Below the pieces are notes generated by a model. The model worked only from the letters and a program-made list of their open reading frames with translations. It had not been told where the DNA came from and made no database searches. Made by a program: the position numbers and the translations under genes. From positions 1 to 28,851 of IMG/VR virus record IMGVR_UViG_3300025751_000100: a stretch of 28,851 nucleotides of DNA, one strand, 5' to 3'. This stretch comes from a virus. Lineage: Duplodnaviria > Caudoviricetes. Of the stretch, positions 8,548 to 15,972 are shown in pieces (position 1 is the stretch's first letter; every line of letters begins with the position of its first letter).

Positions 8548-10209
8548 TTAGTATCCGAATACTTCGTCTTGTACTTTGTACACGTGATTTTTGATTGCGC
8601 CTAATTGTGAGTGTATAGAAGCGTAGCCAGACATACGTGTCATTACCATGTAGCGTAAAGCATCGTATGCGTGATCTTCAGCCTTCGTGTCTACGTCTTC
8701 GCTATTCGTCTTAGATAGAGGTATTCCCGCAAGCTGCTTAATGGTATGCTGGCAGGTAGAAAATACTCGTAAGCGTGGTTCTTCTGTGTACGGGTCATTG
8801 CTCAGTCTCCTATGAACTTCCATCTTACCTTGAATACGGTTTCTGTCTGATGGTGTCCAACGTACACCACAACGCATCATTGTCTCTGCTATGGATGGGC
8901 CGAAACCTGTTTTGTTCCAGCAAGACGAATCGAGTACGGTGTAATGAGGTAGCGGGTCGAGTTCTTCTGCTTCTAGTATTTTACTAGCTAAATCTTCCGC
9001 TGTCAAGTGTTTTGCATATAATTCACGATAAACCCAAATATTATTATCCCAGTCAATAGCACCCCACAGAACTGCAGACGGGGACGAATAGCCATAGTCC
9101 GCTGCTCTAATGCGAGGCCAATTGGTAGGTAATTCGAAAGGTTCGACAACGTGTCTACTCCGTGAAAACTCTGGGAAGGCCGCTCCCTCTGCCACATCCC
9201 AATCCCCCTCTAGAAGTCTCTTCCGCTCAACTTCTGGGAGCGAACGCAACATGGCTTCGTATTGTCCGTCTGCCATGAGGTGGGGATTATCAGTCAACCG
9301 TGCAGGAACAAACTTGCGGTAGAACAACGGCTGACCTGCCTTCTCGTGACCGTTAGGCCACACAAAGGGCTTCATTGTATCTATGTCGTATGCGGGAAAC
9401 GCTTCGTTTTCTGTGCGTGAGTCGATGTACATCTTCTTAACCCACCAGCCACCGACACCGCCGGGGTTGGCTGTACAACGCATATATAGATTTTTTTGAA
9501 GTTCGGGATCTGTGGAACGTAGTCTAGAACGTAGGTAGTCCCAGACGTAAGGAGTTGGGTATTGTGTAATTTCGTCGATACCTATCCAGTTGAAAGCTTG
9601 CCCTTGAAAACGGGTAACGTCCTTGTCTCTGTCTAGGTAGGTAAACCAAATCGTGGCACCCGACGGGAATACCCACGTTGATTTTGATTCACGGAACTTT
9701 GCTCCGGGAAACGCCTTTGTATATAACTGGCGTGATTTATCTATGAGTTCGGTTAATTCGTCGAGGGTGCGTCTTAGGAGAAGACCCCGGTGATTAGGGT
9801 TGTGGCAATAACGTAAGGGATCAGCAAGTAGAGCAAACGACTTACCGCCGCCAGCCGCTCCCCCGTACAATACATCTTGTTCACCTGCCGAAAGAAACTC
9901 TTCTTGAGGACCGGGATTAGCTTGGAAAACAACTTCAGAATCACCCACAAGGTCGGAAACGGATGGGGGTAAAACGGCGAGATCTCCCTCGTCGATGACG
10001 TTTGTTCCTTTTCCAGTGACTCCCTTTTCAACTCTTCCAATTGTTTCTTCCAGCTTTCGGGCATAACTTCTTTGTGCTTCCGCTTTCTTTGTAGCTTGTG
10101 TAGCTTTCTTCTTTGCAGCCCGTAGACGCTTCTGTGCCCCACGACGGGCACGTTCAGCGGTGGATAGCTGATAGGTTCGTTTCTTCTTTGGTGCGTCGGT
10201 TTCAGACAA
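8548..10209 (-). CDS. terL: Terminase large subunit
   Basis: Walker A YGGAAGGGKS, Walker B WIGIDE, coupling motif TANPG, RNase H-like nuclease AADYG...DHAYDALRY. TTG start and a basic N-terminal extension. Confidence 0.93.
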   Translation of the reverse strand: MSETDAPKKKRTYQLSTAERARRGAQKRLRAAKKKATQATKKAEAQRSYARKLEETIGRVEKGVTGKGTNVIDEGDLAVLPPSVSDLVGDSEVVFQANPGPQEEFLSAGEQDVLYGGAAGGGKSFALLADPLRYCHNPNHRGLLLRRTLDELTELIDKSRQLYTKAFPGAKFRESKSTWVFPSGATIWFTYLDRDKDVTRFQGQAFNWIGIDEITQYPTPYVWDYLRSRLRSTDPELQKNLYMRCTANPGGVGGWWVKKMYIDSRTENEAFPAYDIDTMKPFVWPNGHEKAGQPLFYRKFVPARLTDNPHLMADGQYEAMLRSLPEVERKRLLEGDWDVAEGAAFPEFSRSRHVVEPFELPTNWPRIRAADYGYSSPSAVLWGAIDWDNNIWVYRELYAKHLTAEDLASKILEAEELDPLPHYTVLDSSCWNKTGFGPSIAETMMRCGVRWTPSDRNRIQGKMEVHRRLSNDPYTEEPRLRVFSTCQHTIKQLAGIPLSKTNSEDVDTKAEDHAYDALRYMVMTRMSGYASIHSQLGAIKNHVYKVQDEVFGY

Positions 10210-10211
10210 GG

Positions 10212-10376
10212 TTAGTCTTCTTGTGCCTCAACAGAATTTTCAGCACTAGAAGCAGCCATACGTCCTCTGTGGCGTAGCATATATCTATCTCTGTGCATCT
10301 TTATATTACTATGTAAGCGTGTTTCTGGATCTTTGTAAGCTTCCATAGCTTCTTTATACAAATCATCGTATTCCAT
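10212..10376 (-). CDS. Small hypothetical late protein (54 aa, below the ORF-track cutoff)
   Basis: Manual translation MEYDDLYKEAMEAYKDPETRLHSNIKMHRDRYMLRHRGRMAASSAENSVEAQED fills the gap exactly. Shares an RGRxA motif with the upstream ORF. Confidence 0.6.
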   Translation of the reverse strand: MEYDDLYKEAMEAYKDPETRLHSNIKMHRDRYMLRHRGRMAASSAENSVEAQED

Positions 10377-10381
10377 AGCTT

Positions 10382-10690
10382 TTATGCCTTATAGTTTGCT
10401 TTGCGTCCGCGACAGGCTTTGCCGCCACCTGCCATAGCTTTTCTTTTTGGTTTCGCTGTACCACCGTATTTCATACCTTCTTTGTTTGAATTTACTTTCT
10501 TCACAACACTTAGGGTAATTTTATCGTAGGGATCATACTTACTACTGATGGCACCACTCATATTTGCTTCGTTCAAGTCATTTAAGTATCCAGCAATTTG
10601 TTCATCAGATAAATCTTTTCCACTCAAAAGCGCATCTTCTGCAATTCTTGCTCTGGCACCTAGCATTTTGCTTCTTTGTTGTTCTACCAT
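10382..10690 (-). CDS. Hypothetical late protein with basic GG-motif tail
   Basis: 102 aa ending MKYGG...MAGGGKACRGRKANYKA. SD AGGA upstream. Confidence 0.7.
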   Translation of the reverse strand: MVEQQRSKMLGARARIAEDALLSGKDLSDEQIAGYLNDLNEANMSGAISSKYDPYDKITLSVVKKVNSNKEGMKYGGTAKPKRKAMAGGGKACRGRKANYKA

Positions 10691-10699
10691 TGTCTAATC

Positions 10700-11101
10700 C
10701 TATCCGTCTATAACGACTTCTTTCTTCGGTGGCAACAGGACTACGCCGTGTACTGCCGTTACGTTGTGGTTGATTTGTTCCTGCTTTGCTACGCCGACGC
10801 GGTTGAGTAGCGATTCGGCAGCTTTGAGGCGCAGGTCGTCACCTCTTTCCGGGGCGGGGTTATCTATCGTCTGAATCACACGGTTAGCTGCCTTCATTGC
10901 GTTGGTAGCTAAGATGGTTTTGGTGCGTTCGATGATTTCATCTGCAAGGGTAGACTTGAGCCACGCTGCAGATCCACGTGAATATCCAGCATCTATAGCG
11001 GCAGCAGTTACCTGACCGCCATTTTCAAATAGCAACTCTAGGAACCGCTCCTGTTGTTGGGTCAAGTCCCTTTTTTTGTGTGTCTGGGGAAGTAGATTCA
11101 T
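10700..11101 (-). CDS. terS: Terminase small subunit
   Basis: N-terminal LTQQQERFLELLFENGGQVTAAAIDAGYS is the classic TerS HTH pattern. Upstream of terL. Confidence 0.8.
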   Translation of the reverse strand: MNLLPQTHKKRDLTQQQERFLELLFENGGQVTAAAIDAGYSRGSAAWLKSTLADEIIERTKTILATNAMKAANRVIQTIDNPAPERGDDLRLKAAESLLNRVGVAKQEQINHNVTAVHGVVLLPPKKEVVIDG

Positions 11102-11297
11102 CGTTATTTTCCGAAACCGACTTGCAACGCCACTTCACATCTACAGGAAATAGCTGTTGTGATACCACGAATTCTTCCATTTCGGATATTCGTGCTTTGC
11201 ATTGCTGTTCGGTGGGGTAAGGACCGCGTGTATCTCGTATTTCTACACACATGTCTGGTGAAACCGACAAGCAGACAAGTAACCAAGCTTCTAACAT
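11025..11297 (-). CDS. Small Cys-containing protein with hydrophobic N-terminus; first late gene
   Basis: MLEAWLLVCLSVSPDMC...GPYPTEQQC...WRC. SD CAGGA upstream, first ORF after the late promoter, overlaps terS by 77 nt. Confidence 0.6.
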   Translation of the reverse strand: MLEAWLLVCLSVSPDMCVEIRDTRGPYPTEQQCKARISEMEEFVVSQQLFPVDVKWRCKSVSENNDESTSPDTQKKGLDPTTGAVPRVAI

Positions 11298-11416
11298 GTC
11301 GATTTCCTGTTGTTTATTGATGTGGGAAGGTAGTTTGTAGCCTCAATCGCCCAATGTCAAGGGTTTTCTACTGGTTTTTGTCGGGATGTGCTAAATAAAC
11401 CTTGCCCCACAACACA

Positions 11417-11445
11417 AGTATAGCCACTATATGTATGTAAGTCAA
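11417..11445 (-). promoter_or_regulatory. Sigma70-type promoter driving the late arm
   Basis: TTGACT (11445-11440), 17 nt spacer, TATACT (11422-11417). Confidence 0.75.
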
Positions 11446-11506
11446 CAGGAATATCCATGCAGGTTACTTTTTTTTGATAAAAAAATAAATTTGGATACGA
11501 TTTTGG

Positions 11507-11535
11507 TTGACAAATCGGAAAATTACCTATACAAT
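11507..11535 (+). promoter_or_regulatory. Near-consensus sigma70 promoter pointing into the non-coding region
   Basis: TTGACA (11507-11512), 17 nt spacer, TACAAT (11530-11535), with an AT-rich tract upstream. Confidence 0.8.
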
Positions 11536-11541
11536 GAGGTT

Positions 11542-11631
11542 AAGACCCTCAGGGAAATAACCCATTACCCCCCAGCTACCCCTACACGTCGGTTTCATAC
11601 CCCTTCGGATACCCCGTTGGGGTCTTTTTTT
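11542..11631 (+). ncRNA. Candidate ~90-nt small RNA
   Basis: Starts 7 nt after the -10 box and ends in GGGGTC followed by T7. The 5' AAGACCCT can pair with the 3' GGGGTCTT. Contains four TACCCC motifs and no ORF with an SD. Confidence 0.5.
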
Positions 11632-11705
11632 GCCTAAATCACAGGGAACCCTCCCCTACACGTCGGTTTCATCCCTGCCGGGGCACCCCTACACGTCGGT
11701 TTCAT
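11579..11705 (+). repeat. Three exact 20-bp direct repeats CCCCTACACGTCGGTTTCAT
   Basis: Copies at 11579-11598, 11653-11672 and 11686-11705, with gaps of 54 and 13 nt. Confidence 0.95.
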
Positions 11706-12039
11706 ACCCATATCGGTAACCCCCAAAATATAAAATTGCTGTCGAGATTGCATACAGGTACGGGTACCCCCCGGGTGGCCCTTACGACCCCCATAGAGTT
11801 GCTCCCCATTGCCAATGCCGTGGATTGACACCGACAGACAAACCGAAACAAACCCGCCGGATAATCCCGCCCGTATATCTGCGCGAATTCCTGTATTTTT
11901 TTACAAGGGCTGACAGTTTGTTGTATCGAAAACCCACAAGGGAAGCTGTCAAGGTCAACATAACACACAAAACAAACACACCCGACGCTGGATTTATCCC
12001 GCAATATCAAACCGCAAAGCCTACATTTAAGACACGGGC

Positions 12040-12073
12040 AAAAAAGAACCCCGCCGGACTAGCCAGACGGGGT
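12040..12073 (-). terminator. Intrinsic terminator ending the early operon
   Basis: Minus strand ACCCCGTC-TGGCTAGTCC-GGCGGGGT followed by TCTTTTTT. Confidence 0.75.
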
Positions 12074-12098
12074 CAAGTGGGAGGAATACGGGTCGGTT

Positions 12099-12212
12099 TC
12101 AGTTGTCTAGATCATGCTTTGCAAGATCCCATAGTGCCGCAAATAGGCACCAGCAAGCAATCAAAACCCATGCCAGCAACACCAGCATTACAATATGACT
12201 AGCTGGCATCAT
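12099..12212 (-). CDS. Small membrane peptide (37 aa)
   Basis: Manual translation MMPASHIVMLVLLAWVLIACWCLFAALWDLAKHDLDN. The start overlaps the upstream gene's end and the ORF precedes the terminator. Confidence 0.5.
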   Translation of the reverse strand: MMPASHIVMLVLLAWVLIACWCLFAALWDLAKHDLDN

Positions 12213-12441
12213 CTTGGCCTTTAACGGTAAGATTTAGACGGGCAACGGTGCGTGGGTTGTCGCTGGCAAACGTGTAATGGTCAAACCCGATAGACCGCAA
12301 AACTGCTTTTAATGTTTGCGCCTGTGCTTCTAAGGCTTCGACTGATTGCAAGATTAAAGCTTGTTCGTCGGTGGTAATCACAACCATGCGCTTGGCGTCG
12401 CTGTTAAAATCTTCCTTGTTGATTGATATTGTGGTTTTCAT
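12199..12441 (-). CDS. Hypothetical early protein
   Basis: 80 aa, leader AGAAGGAACCGACGAG-ATG. Confidence 0.75.
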   Translation of the reverse strand: MKTTISINKEDFNSDAKRMVVITTDEQALILQSVEALEAQAQTLKAVLRSIGFDHYTFASDNPRTVARLNLTVKGQDDAS

Positions 12442-12474
12442 CTCGTCGGTTCCTTCTCGTTGGTTTCAAGGTTA

Positions 12475-12499
12475 ATGGGGCAAGATTGCCCTGCCCCAT
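12475..12499. other. Intergenic hairpin (possible processing or pause site)
   Basis: Perfect 8-bp stem ATGGGGCA/TGCCCCAT with no clear U-tract. Confidence 0.45.
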
Positions 12500-12518
12500 A
12501 TTATTAGTCGGTTTCTGC

Positions 12519-12884
12519 CTAGCTGGCAAGCTTGTATTTAGGCCGCTGGTATCCCTCGCGGTTTACTACAATCTTGTAACCATGTTGGCGCAACCGATGC
12601 ACGGCATTAGAAACCCCGCGAATAGACAAGCCGGACTCACGGGCAAGGGTCTTGATATTGATGCCGTGCTTTCTAGCCGCAAGGGTGCGGTAAACCTGCG
12701 CAAGGGATGAATTCGGACGGAATGGACGCTTGTCGGTTCCGCGTTCACCCCGCCGCCGCTTGTCGGTTTCACCCGTGCCAAATTCCTCGCGCAATTTCGC
12801 GGTCAATTCCTGCCGGATATCCTGCCGGACAGCCGCGACAAGCTGGTTGCAAAGGTCAATGATATGTTCGTTTTTGGTTGTCAT
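12519..12884 (-). CDS. Winged helix-turn-helix DNA-binding protein
   Basis: C-terminal SLAQVYRTL...INIKTLARESGLSIRGVSNAVHRLRQHGYKI has a wHTH pattern. N-terminal helix, SD GAAAGGA. Confidence 0.72.
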   Translation of the reverse strand: MTTKNEHIIDLCNQLVAAVRQDIRQELTAKLREEFGTGETDKRRRGERGTDKRPFRPNSSLAQVYRTLAARKHGINIKTLARESGLSIRGVSNAVHRLRQHGYKIVVNREGYQRPKYKLAS

Positions 12885-12906
12885 TTTATCGGTTCCTTTC
12901 TTCCGA

Positions 12907-12984
12907 TTAAAGGATCATTAAAAGAATAGTTACAAGCACGATGATCCAAACAAGCTTGTAAATGGTTGCGATAAATTCACCCAT
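12907..12984 (-). CDS. Small membrane peptide (25 aa)
   Basis: Manual translation MGEFIATIYKLVWIIVLVTILLMIL. ATG lies 1 nt after the upstream stop. Confidence 0.5.
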   Translation of the reverse strand: MGEFIATIYKLVWIIVLVTILLMIL

Positions 12985-12985
12985 A

Positions 12986-14008
12986 CTACGCCGCCAAGCT
13001 TTCTAGATATTGCCATGACGGGGACGTGATAACGGTTCGCACATCTTCATTACGCTTGCGCTGAACCATGTGCTGGCTGGCTGTATTTTTGCCAGTTTGC
13101 CGCTCGACACCATCCGCGCCAGTCCAAGTGACGTTGGTATGGGTTGCCCAGTGCGTCAGGGCATTATAAGCCGCCCACATGGTTGAACCTAGTTCCTGCT
13201 TTTCAGCATTAAATTGATGCATCAGGTAATTAAACAGCCGCTCATTTACTGGCTTGACGTGGCCTAATTCCGCCGCCTTGCCGGATTTGTAACAAACAGT
13301 CTGCGCCAAGATATCCCCGAATTGCTCATCCGATAGACGGGCACCCCGCCAACGGTTCATCAAATCTAGCTGGCTTTCCCACATGTTCAAACCCATTGCC
13401 GCCTTGCTAATCAATGCCGCTGGTTCAAGGTTTTTAGTATGTTTTGATTTTTGGTGGTAGGCCTTTTCACCGCCAAACACCAACGTATTGCGGCAAAGGT
13501 CACGATACGCCCCGCTGAATATCTGGAAAGCCCAACTCATATCAATGCTGTTGAAAATGTCCATGCGGCAAACAACATTGTCCTGCTTATCACCGACTGC
13601 ATGTTGCAAGTCCATGAAATGCACGGTTCTATGTGCCCGTAATCCCCCGTCATAGATGCGGTCAAGCACCTTTACGTTGCCAATGGGTAAATCTGAACCC
13701 GCCAAAATTTCAGCATGATTTGCGAATAGTTCATCATGCGGCACAAGTTTATAGCTGGCACCAACGGGGCGGGTGTTCAACACTTCACCCGTTGCCGTAT
13801 TCTGCAAAGCCGAATAATCGGGCATCGGTTGCGGCTCGACTAGTTCGTATTCAGTGCCAACGTGCGTTGATGCTATGGCCTCAATTGGAACCCGCCGGAC
13901 GGAACCCAGTTCAGTAAAAAGCCGAATGTCGTTCACATCATTATGATGGTGAAACATCCCGCCGCCCTCGCGTTTATAGGTTGATGCGACTAAATTAGAA
14001 TCAAACAT
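12986..14008 (-). CDS. DUF932/DUF945-like early protein
   Basis: Likely start MFDSNL (SD GAAAGGT). Motifs VGASYKLVPH, FNSIDMSW, YRDLCRNT and TMWAAYNALTHWATH are typical of DUF932. Confidence 0.72.
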   Translation of the reverse strand: MFDSNLVASTYKREGGGMFHHHNDVNDIRLFTELGSVRRVPIEAIASTHVGTEYELVEPQPMPDYSALQNTATGEVLNTRPVGASYKLVPHDELFANHAEILAGSDLPIGNVKVLDRIYDGGLRAHRTVHFMDLQHAVGDKQDNVVCRMDIFNSIDMSWAFQIFSGAYRDLCRNTLVFGGEKAYHQKSKHTKNLEPAALISKAAMGLNMWESQLDLMNRWRGARLSDEQFGDILAQTVCYKSGKAAELGHVKPVNERLFNYLMHQFNAEKQELGSTMWAAYNALTHWATHTNVTWTGADGVERQTGKNTASQHMVQRKRNEDVRTVITSPSWQYLESLAA

Positions 14009-14102
14009 GTTCGTTACCTTTCGTTGATTGAACATTTAACATAAACGAATCATACACCGATTTGACGTGATGGGAACCCCCCAACCCAAAAAAAATTCAG
14101 AT

Positions 14103-14143
14103 AAAAAAACGGGACGGGAAAAAGTGGAAAAATTCCCGCCCCG
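14103..14143 (-). terminator. Intrinsic terminator
   Basis: Minus strand CGGGGCGGGAA...TTCCCGTCCCG followed by T7. Confidence 0.7.
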
Positions 14144-14275
14144 CCCCGATGGACAAGCCCCGCTACTCAACTTGCCCGATGATGCCACCGCCGCCAGTAA
14201 AACCAACAAACCGATGCGGCATGGCACCCCAAAAAATAAGAAACACGCTGACAAGATATTGCCTGACAATATTTG

Positions 14276-14959
14276 CTAGTGTGTTTGAAACAAAACTTGC
14301 ACATAGTCTGCCGCCCAGCAAACGGTGCACGTTGAGCACGATTCGGTTTGCCCCGTTTGTTCTGGACAGATTACCGATTTGTTTTTGGCTGGCTTGATTA
14401 GGTCGGCACTGTTCGCGCTGAATTGCCATTCCGGTGCATTACTGAAACGGACAGCGAATCTTTCCCCGAATCCCCCCCGTACTGCACGAATAGCCAGCCC
14501 GATATCACTTGTCGGTTTGTATCCGGTAAATCCCCAAATAGCCAAATTATCAAATTTGGTTAGTAGGTGTTGCCATAGTTCGACATAGTCCACCGAATAA
14601 AAATCACCCAGCACATGCAACCGGATAATCACCCCGCGATAGGTCGCGCACAGTTCCGCAACCTCTTTTTGCAATGCGGCTTCAAGTTCTGCCCCGTGCT
14701 GGATACGATGCCCAAACATCATATTGTTACCATAGCAATCATCCCAGTGATAGCAATAGCGGGGACAGGTTGCCCGTTCTTCTAGTGTCAGGGTATAAAT
14801 CACATAGCCTTTAAACTTGCCCTTTTTGATTACGGGCAATTTATCTTTGCTTAGCTTTTTATTTTTAGACTGTTTCAAAACCGATTTGGATTCAGCAACC
14901 GTGCGTCGGCTTTTTGGATACATGGTCGCGGCGGGTTTGTTTATATCTGCTTTTTTCAT
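14276..14959 (-). CDS. Gp88-like Cys-rich putative Fe-S / radical-SAM-like protein
   Basis: Likely start MKKADINK (leader AAAAGGAACCGACCAA). Motifs TCPRYCYHWDDCY, IRLHVLGDF, VRFS and CPEQTGQTESCSTCTVCW. Confidence 0.65.
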   Translation of the reverse strand: MKKADINKPAATMYPKSRRTVAESKSVLKQSKNKKLSKDKLPVIKKGKFKGYVIYTLTLEERATCPRYCYHWDDCYGNNMMFGHRIQHGAELEAALQKEVAELCATYRGVIIRLHVLGDFYSVDYVELWQHLLTKFDNLAIWGFTGYKPTSDIGLAIRAVRGGFGERFAVRFSNAPEWQFSANSADLIKPAKNKSVICPEQTGQTESCSTCTVCWAADYVQVLFQTH

Positions 14960-14992
14960 TTGGTCGGTTCCTTTTCGTTTGTCGGTTTGCAA

Positions 14993-15021
14993 ACGTTACG
15001 GATAAAATCCGGTATGGTCAA
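14993..15021 (-). promoter_or_regulatory. Candidate sigma70 early promoter
   Basis: TTGACC (15021-15016), 17 nt spacer, TAACGT (14998-14993), with an A-tract upstream. Confidence 0.55.
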
Positions 15022-15155
15022 GCGGTTTTATTTGTTTACCTAGTTTTTTTAAATAGCAAGCGGGACAGGATAACCGCCCCGCCTCATTGGTCATGGCTGG
15101 TTCACCGCAATCATCACACGGATAATCGGGGCTGAGTGTTGTCTTGATATTTTGG

Positions 15156-15294
15156 CTGACAAAATCCACTGACAAAATCCCCCGTTAAAATTTAGGTAAA
15201 TAAAGTCTGCCATCTAATAACGCGGCTGACAATATTTTAAGCTGACAATTTTCTACAGTGACATCCCTGCCGTTCCACTCACCATCGCTGACAA
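15156..15294 (+). repeat. Cluster of five CTGACAA motifs including tandem CTGACAAAATCC x2
   Basis: Copies start at 15156, 15169, 15226, 15242 and 15288. Confidence 0.75.
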
Positions 15295-15385
15295 TATCAC
15301 GCAATCTTTTGCGTTCTAGGTTGACATTAATTAAGCGTGGATCACTTGCCATGTCAGGGTAGGCTGGCTCTATGTACATGCTCAT
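15185..15385 (-). CDS. Hypothetical early protein
   Basis: Likely start MSMYIEPAY, overlapping the upstream stop (ATGA). Confidence 0.6.
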   Translation of the reverse strand: MSMYIEPAYPDMASDPRLINVNLERKRLRDIVSDGEWNGRDVTVENCQLKILSAALLDGRLYLPKF

Positions 15386-15588
15386 CGTTTGTCTTCCCAG
15401 AAGTTGTCCCAAGTTTCCCGCATCAATTCGCCAAGTTCGTTGTCAGTGAAGTGCGCCATCAGGTCACGGTGTGGTTCCATCTGTTGCATAAACTCACCGA
15501 CAAACTCACAGCCACCAATAACTGATCCGGCAATGTCGAACCATTTGTCTTCGTTGTCCATTGCCAATGCTTTCATCTTACCCACCAC
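15382..15588 (-). CDS. Hypothetical acidic early protein
   Basis: 68 aa, SD GGGAG, translationally coupled to its neighbours. Confidence 0.65.
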   Translation of the reverse strand: MVGKMKALAMDNEDKWFDIAGSVIGGCEFVGEFMQQMEPHRDLMAHFTDNELGELMRETWDNFWEDKR

Positions 15589-15787
15589 AATTCTCCCAAT
15601 ACCATGTCTTGAACTTGTGAAAGGCTAAAATCTTGTAGGCTTCCAAGTCAAGCGTTTCCCATTCTTTTAGGTCAAGCCCGTCAAACTCAAACCGACTTTC
15701 CATTTCGCTGTCCAGCATAACCATCAAGGCATTGGCCTCTGTTTTAGTTAGCTGTATCCAAACTGTATTATCTTTAGCCATCATCAC
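15578..15787 (-). CDS. Hypothetical early protein
   Basis: 69 aa, SD GAGG, overlapping stop/start. Confidence 0.65.
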   Translation of the reverse strand: MMMAKDNTVWIQLTKTEANALMVMLDSEMESRFEFDGLDLKEWETLDLEAYKILAFHKFKTWYWENCGG

Positions 15788-15972
15788 ACCTCGCCTATGT
15801 CGTATGTGTTTTGGTCAAATGCTTCCGGCACACCTTCAAGACTGTTCCAATAGTCCCAGAATATCTGATGTGCCAGTTCTTCTGCTTCTTCCTGTGTATC
15901 CGCACTAACAGGTATTTGTTTAGAGACTGAAGCGGTAATGTCAACCATAAATTTTCGTTTAGCGTTCTTCAT
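15784..15972 (-). CDS. Hypothetical early protein
   Basis: 62 aa, contains the 'V.ADTQEEAEELA' pattern seen in small phage early proteins. Confidence 0.65.
   Translation of the reverse strand: MKNAKRKFMVDITASVSKQIPVSADTQEEAEELAHQIFWDYWNSLEGVPEAFDQNTYDIGEV

Noticed and set aside
11332-11360. Second late promoter at the minus-strand TTGACA (11360-11355)
   Set aside because: No acceptable -10 box at 16-18 nt spacing.
11579-11705. Mini CRISPR array
   Set aside because: The repeats are only 20 bp, the gaps are irregular (54 and 13 nt), there is no repeat palindrome, and there are no cas1/cas2 or effector genes.
11300-12100. Protelomerase telRL or loxP-like site for the recombinase
   Set aside because: I found no long perfect palindrome or 13-8-13 inverted repeat by eye; the longest is the 8-bp GGGTACCC. 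A computed inverted-repeat scan could still overturn this.
11431-12202. ORF-track entries across the non-coding region (e.g. 11634-11831 with repeated GMKPTCRG, and 11825-12202)
   Set aside because: They have no SD, they overlap promoters, repeats and terminators, and the peptide repeat simply reflects the DNA repeat.
14036-14429. Overlapping ORFs between the DUF932-like and Gp88-like genes
   Set aside because: They span a terminator and a probable promoter, and I found no convincing start signals.
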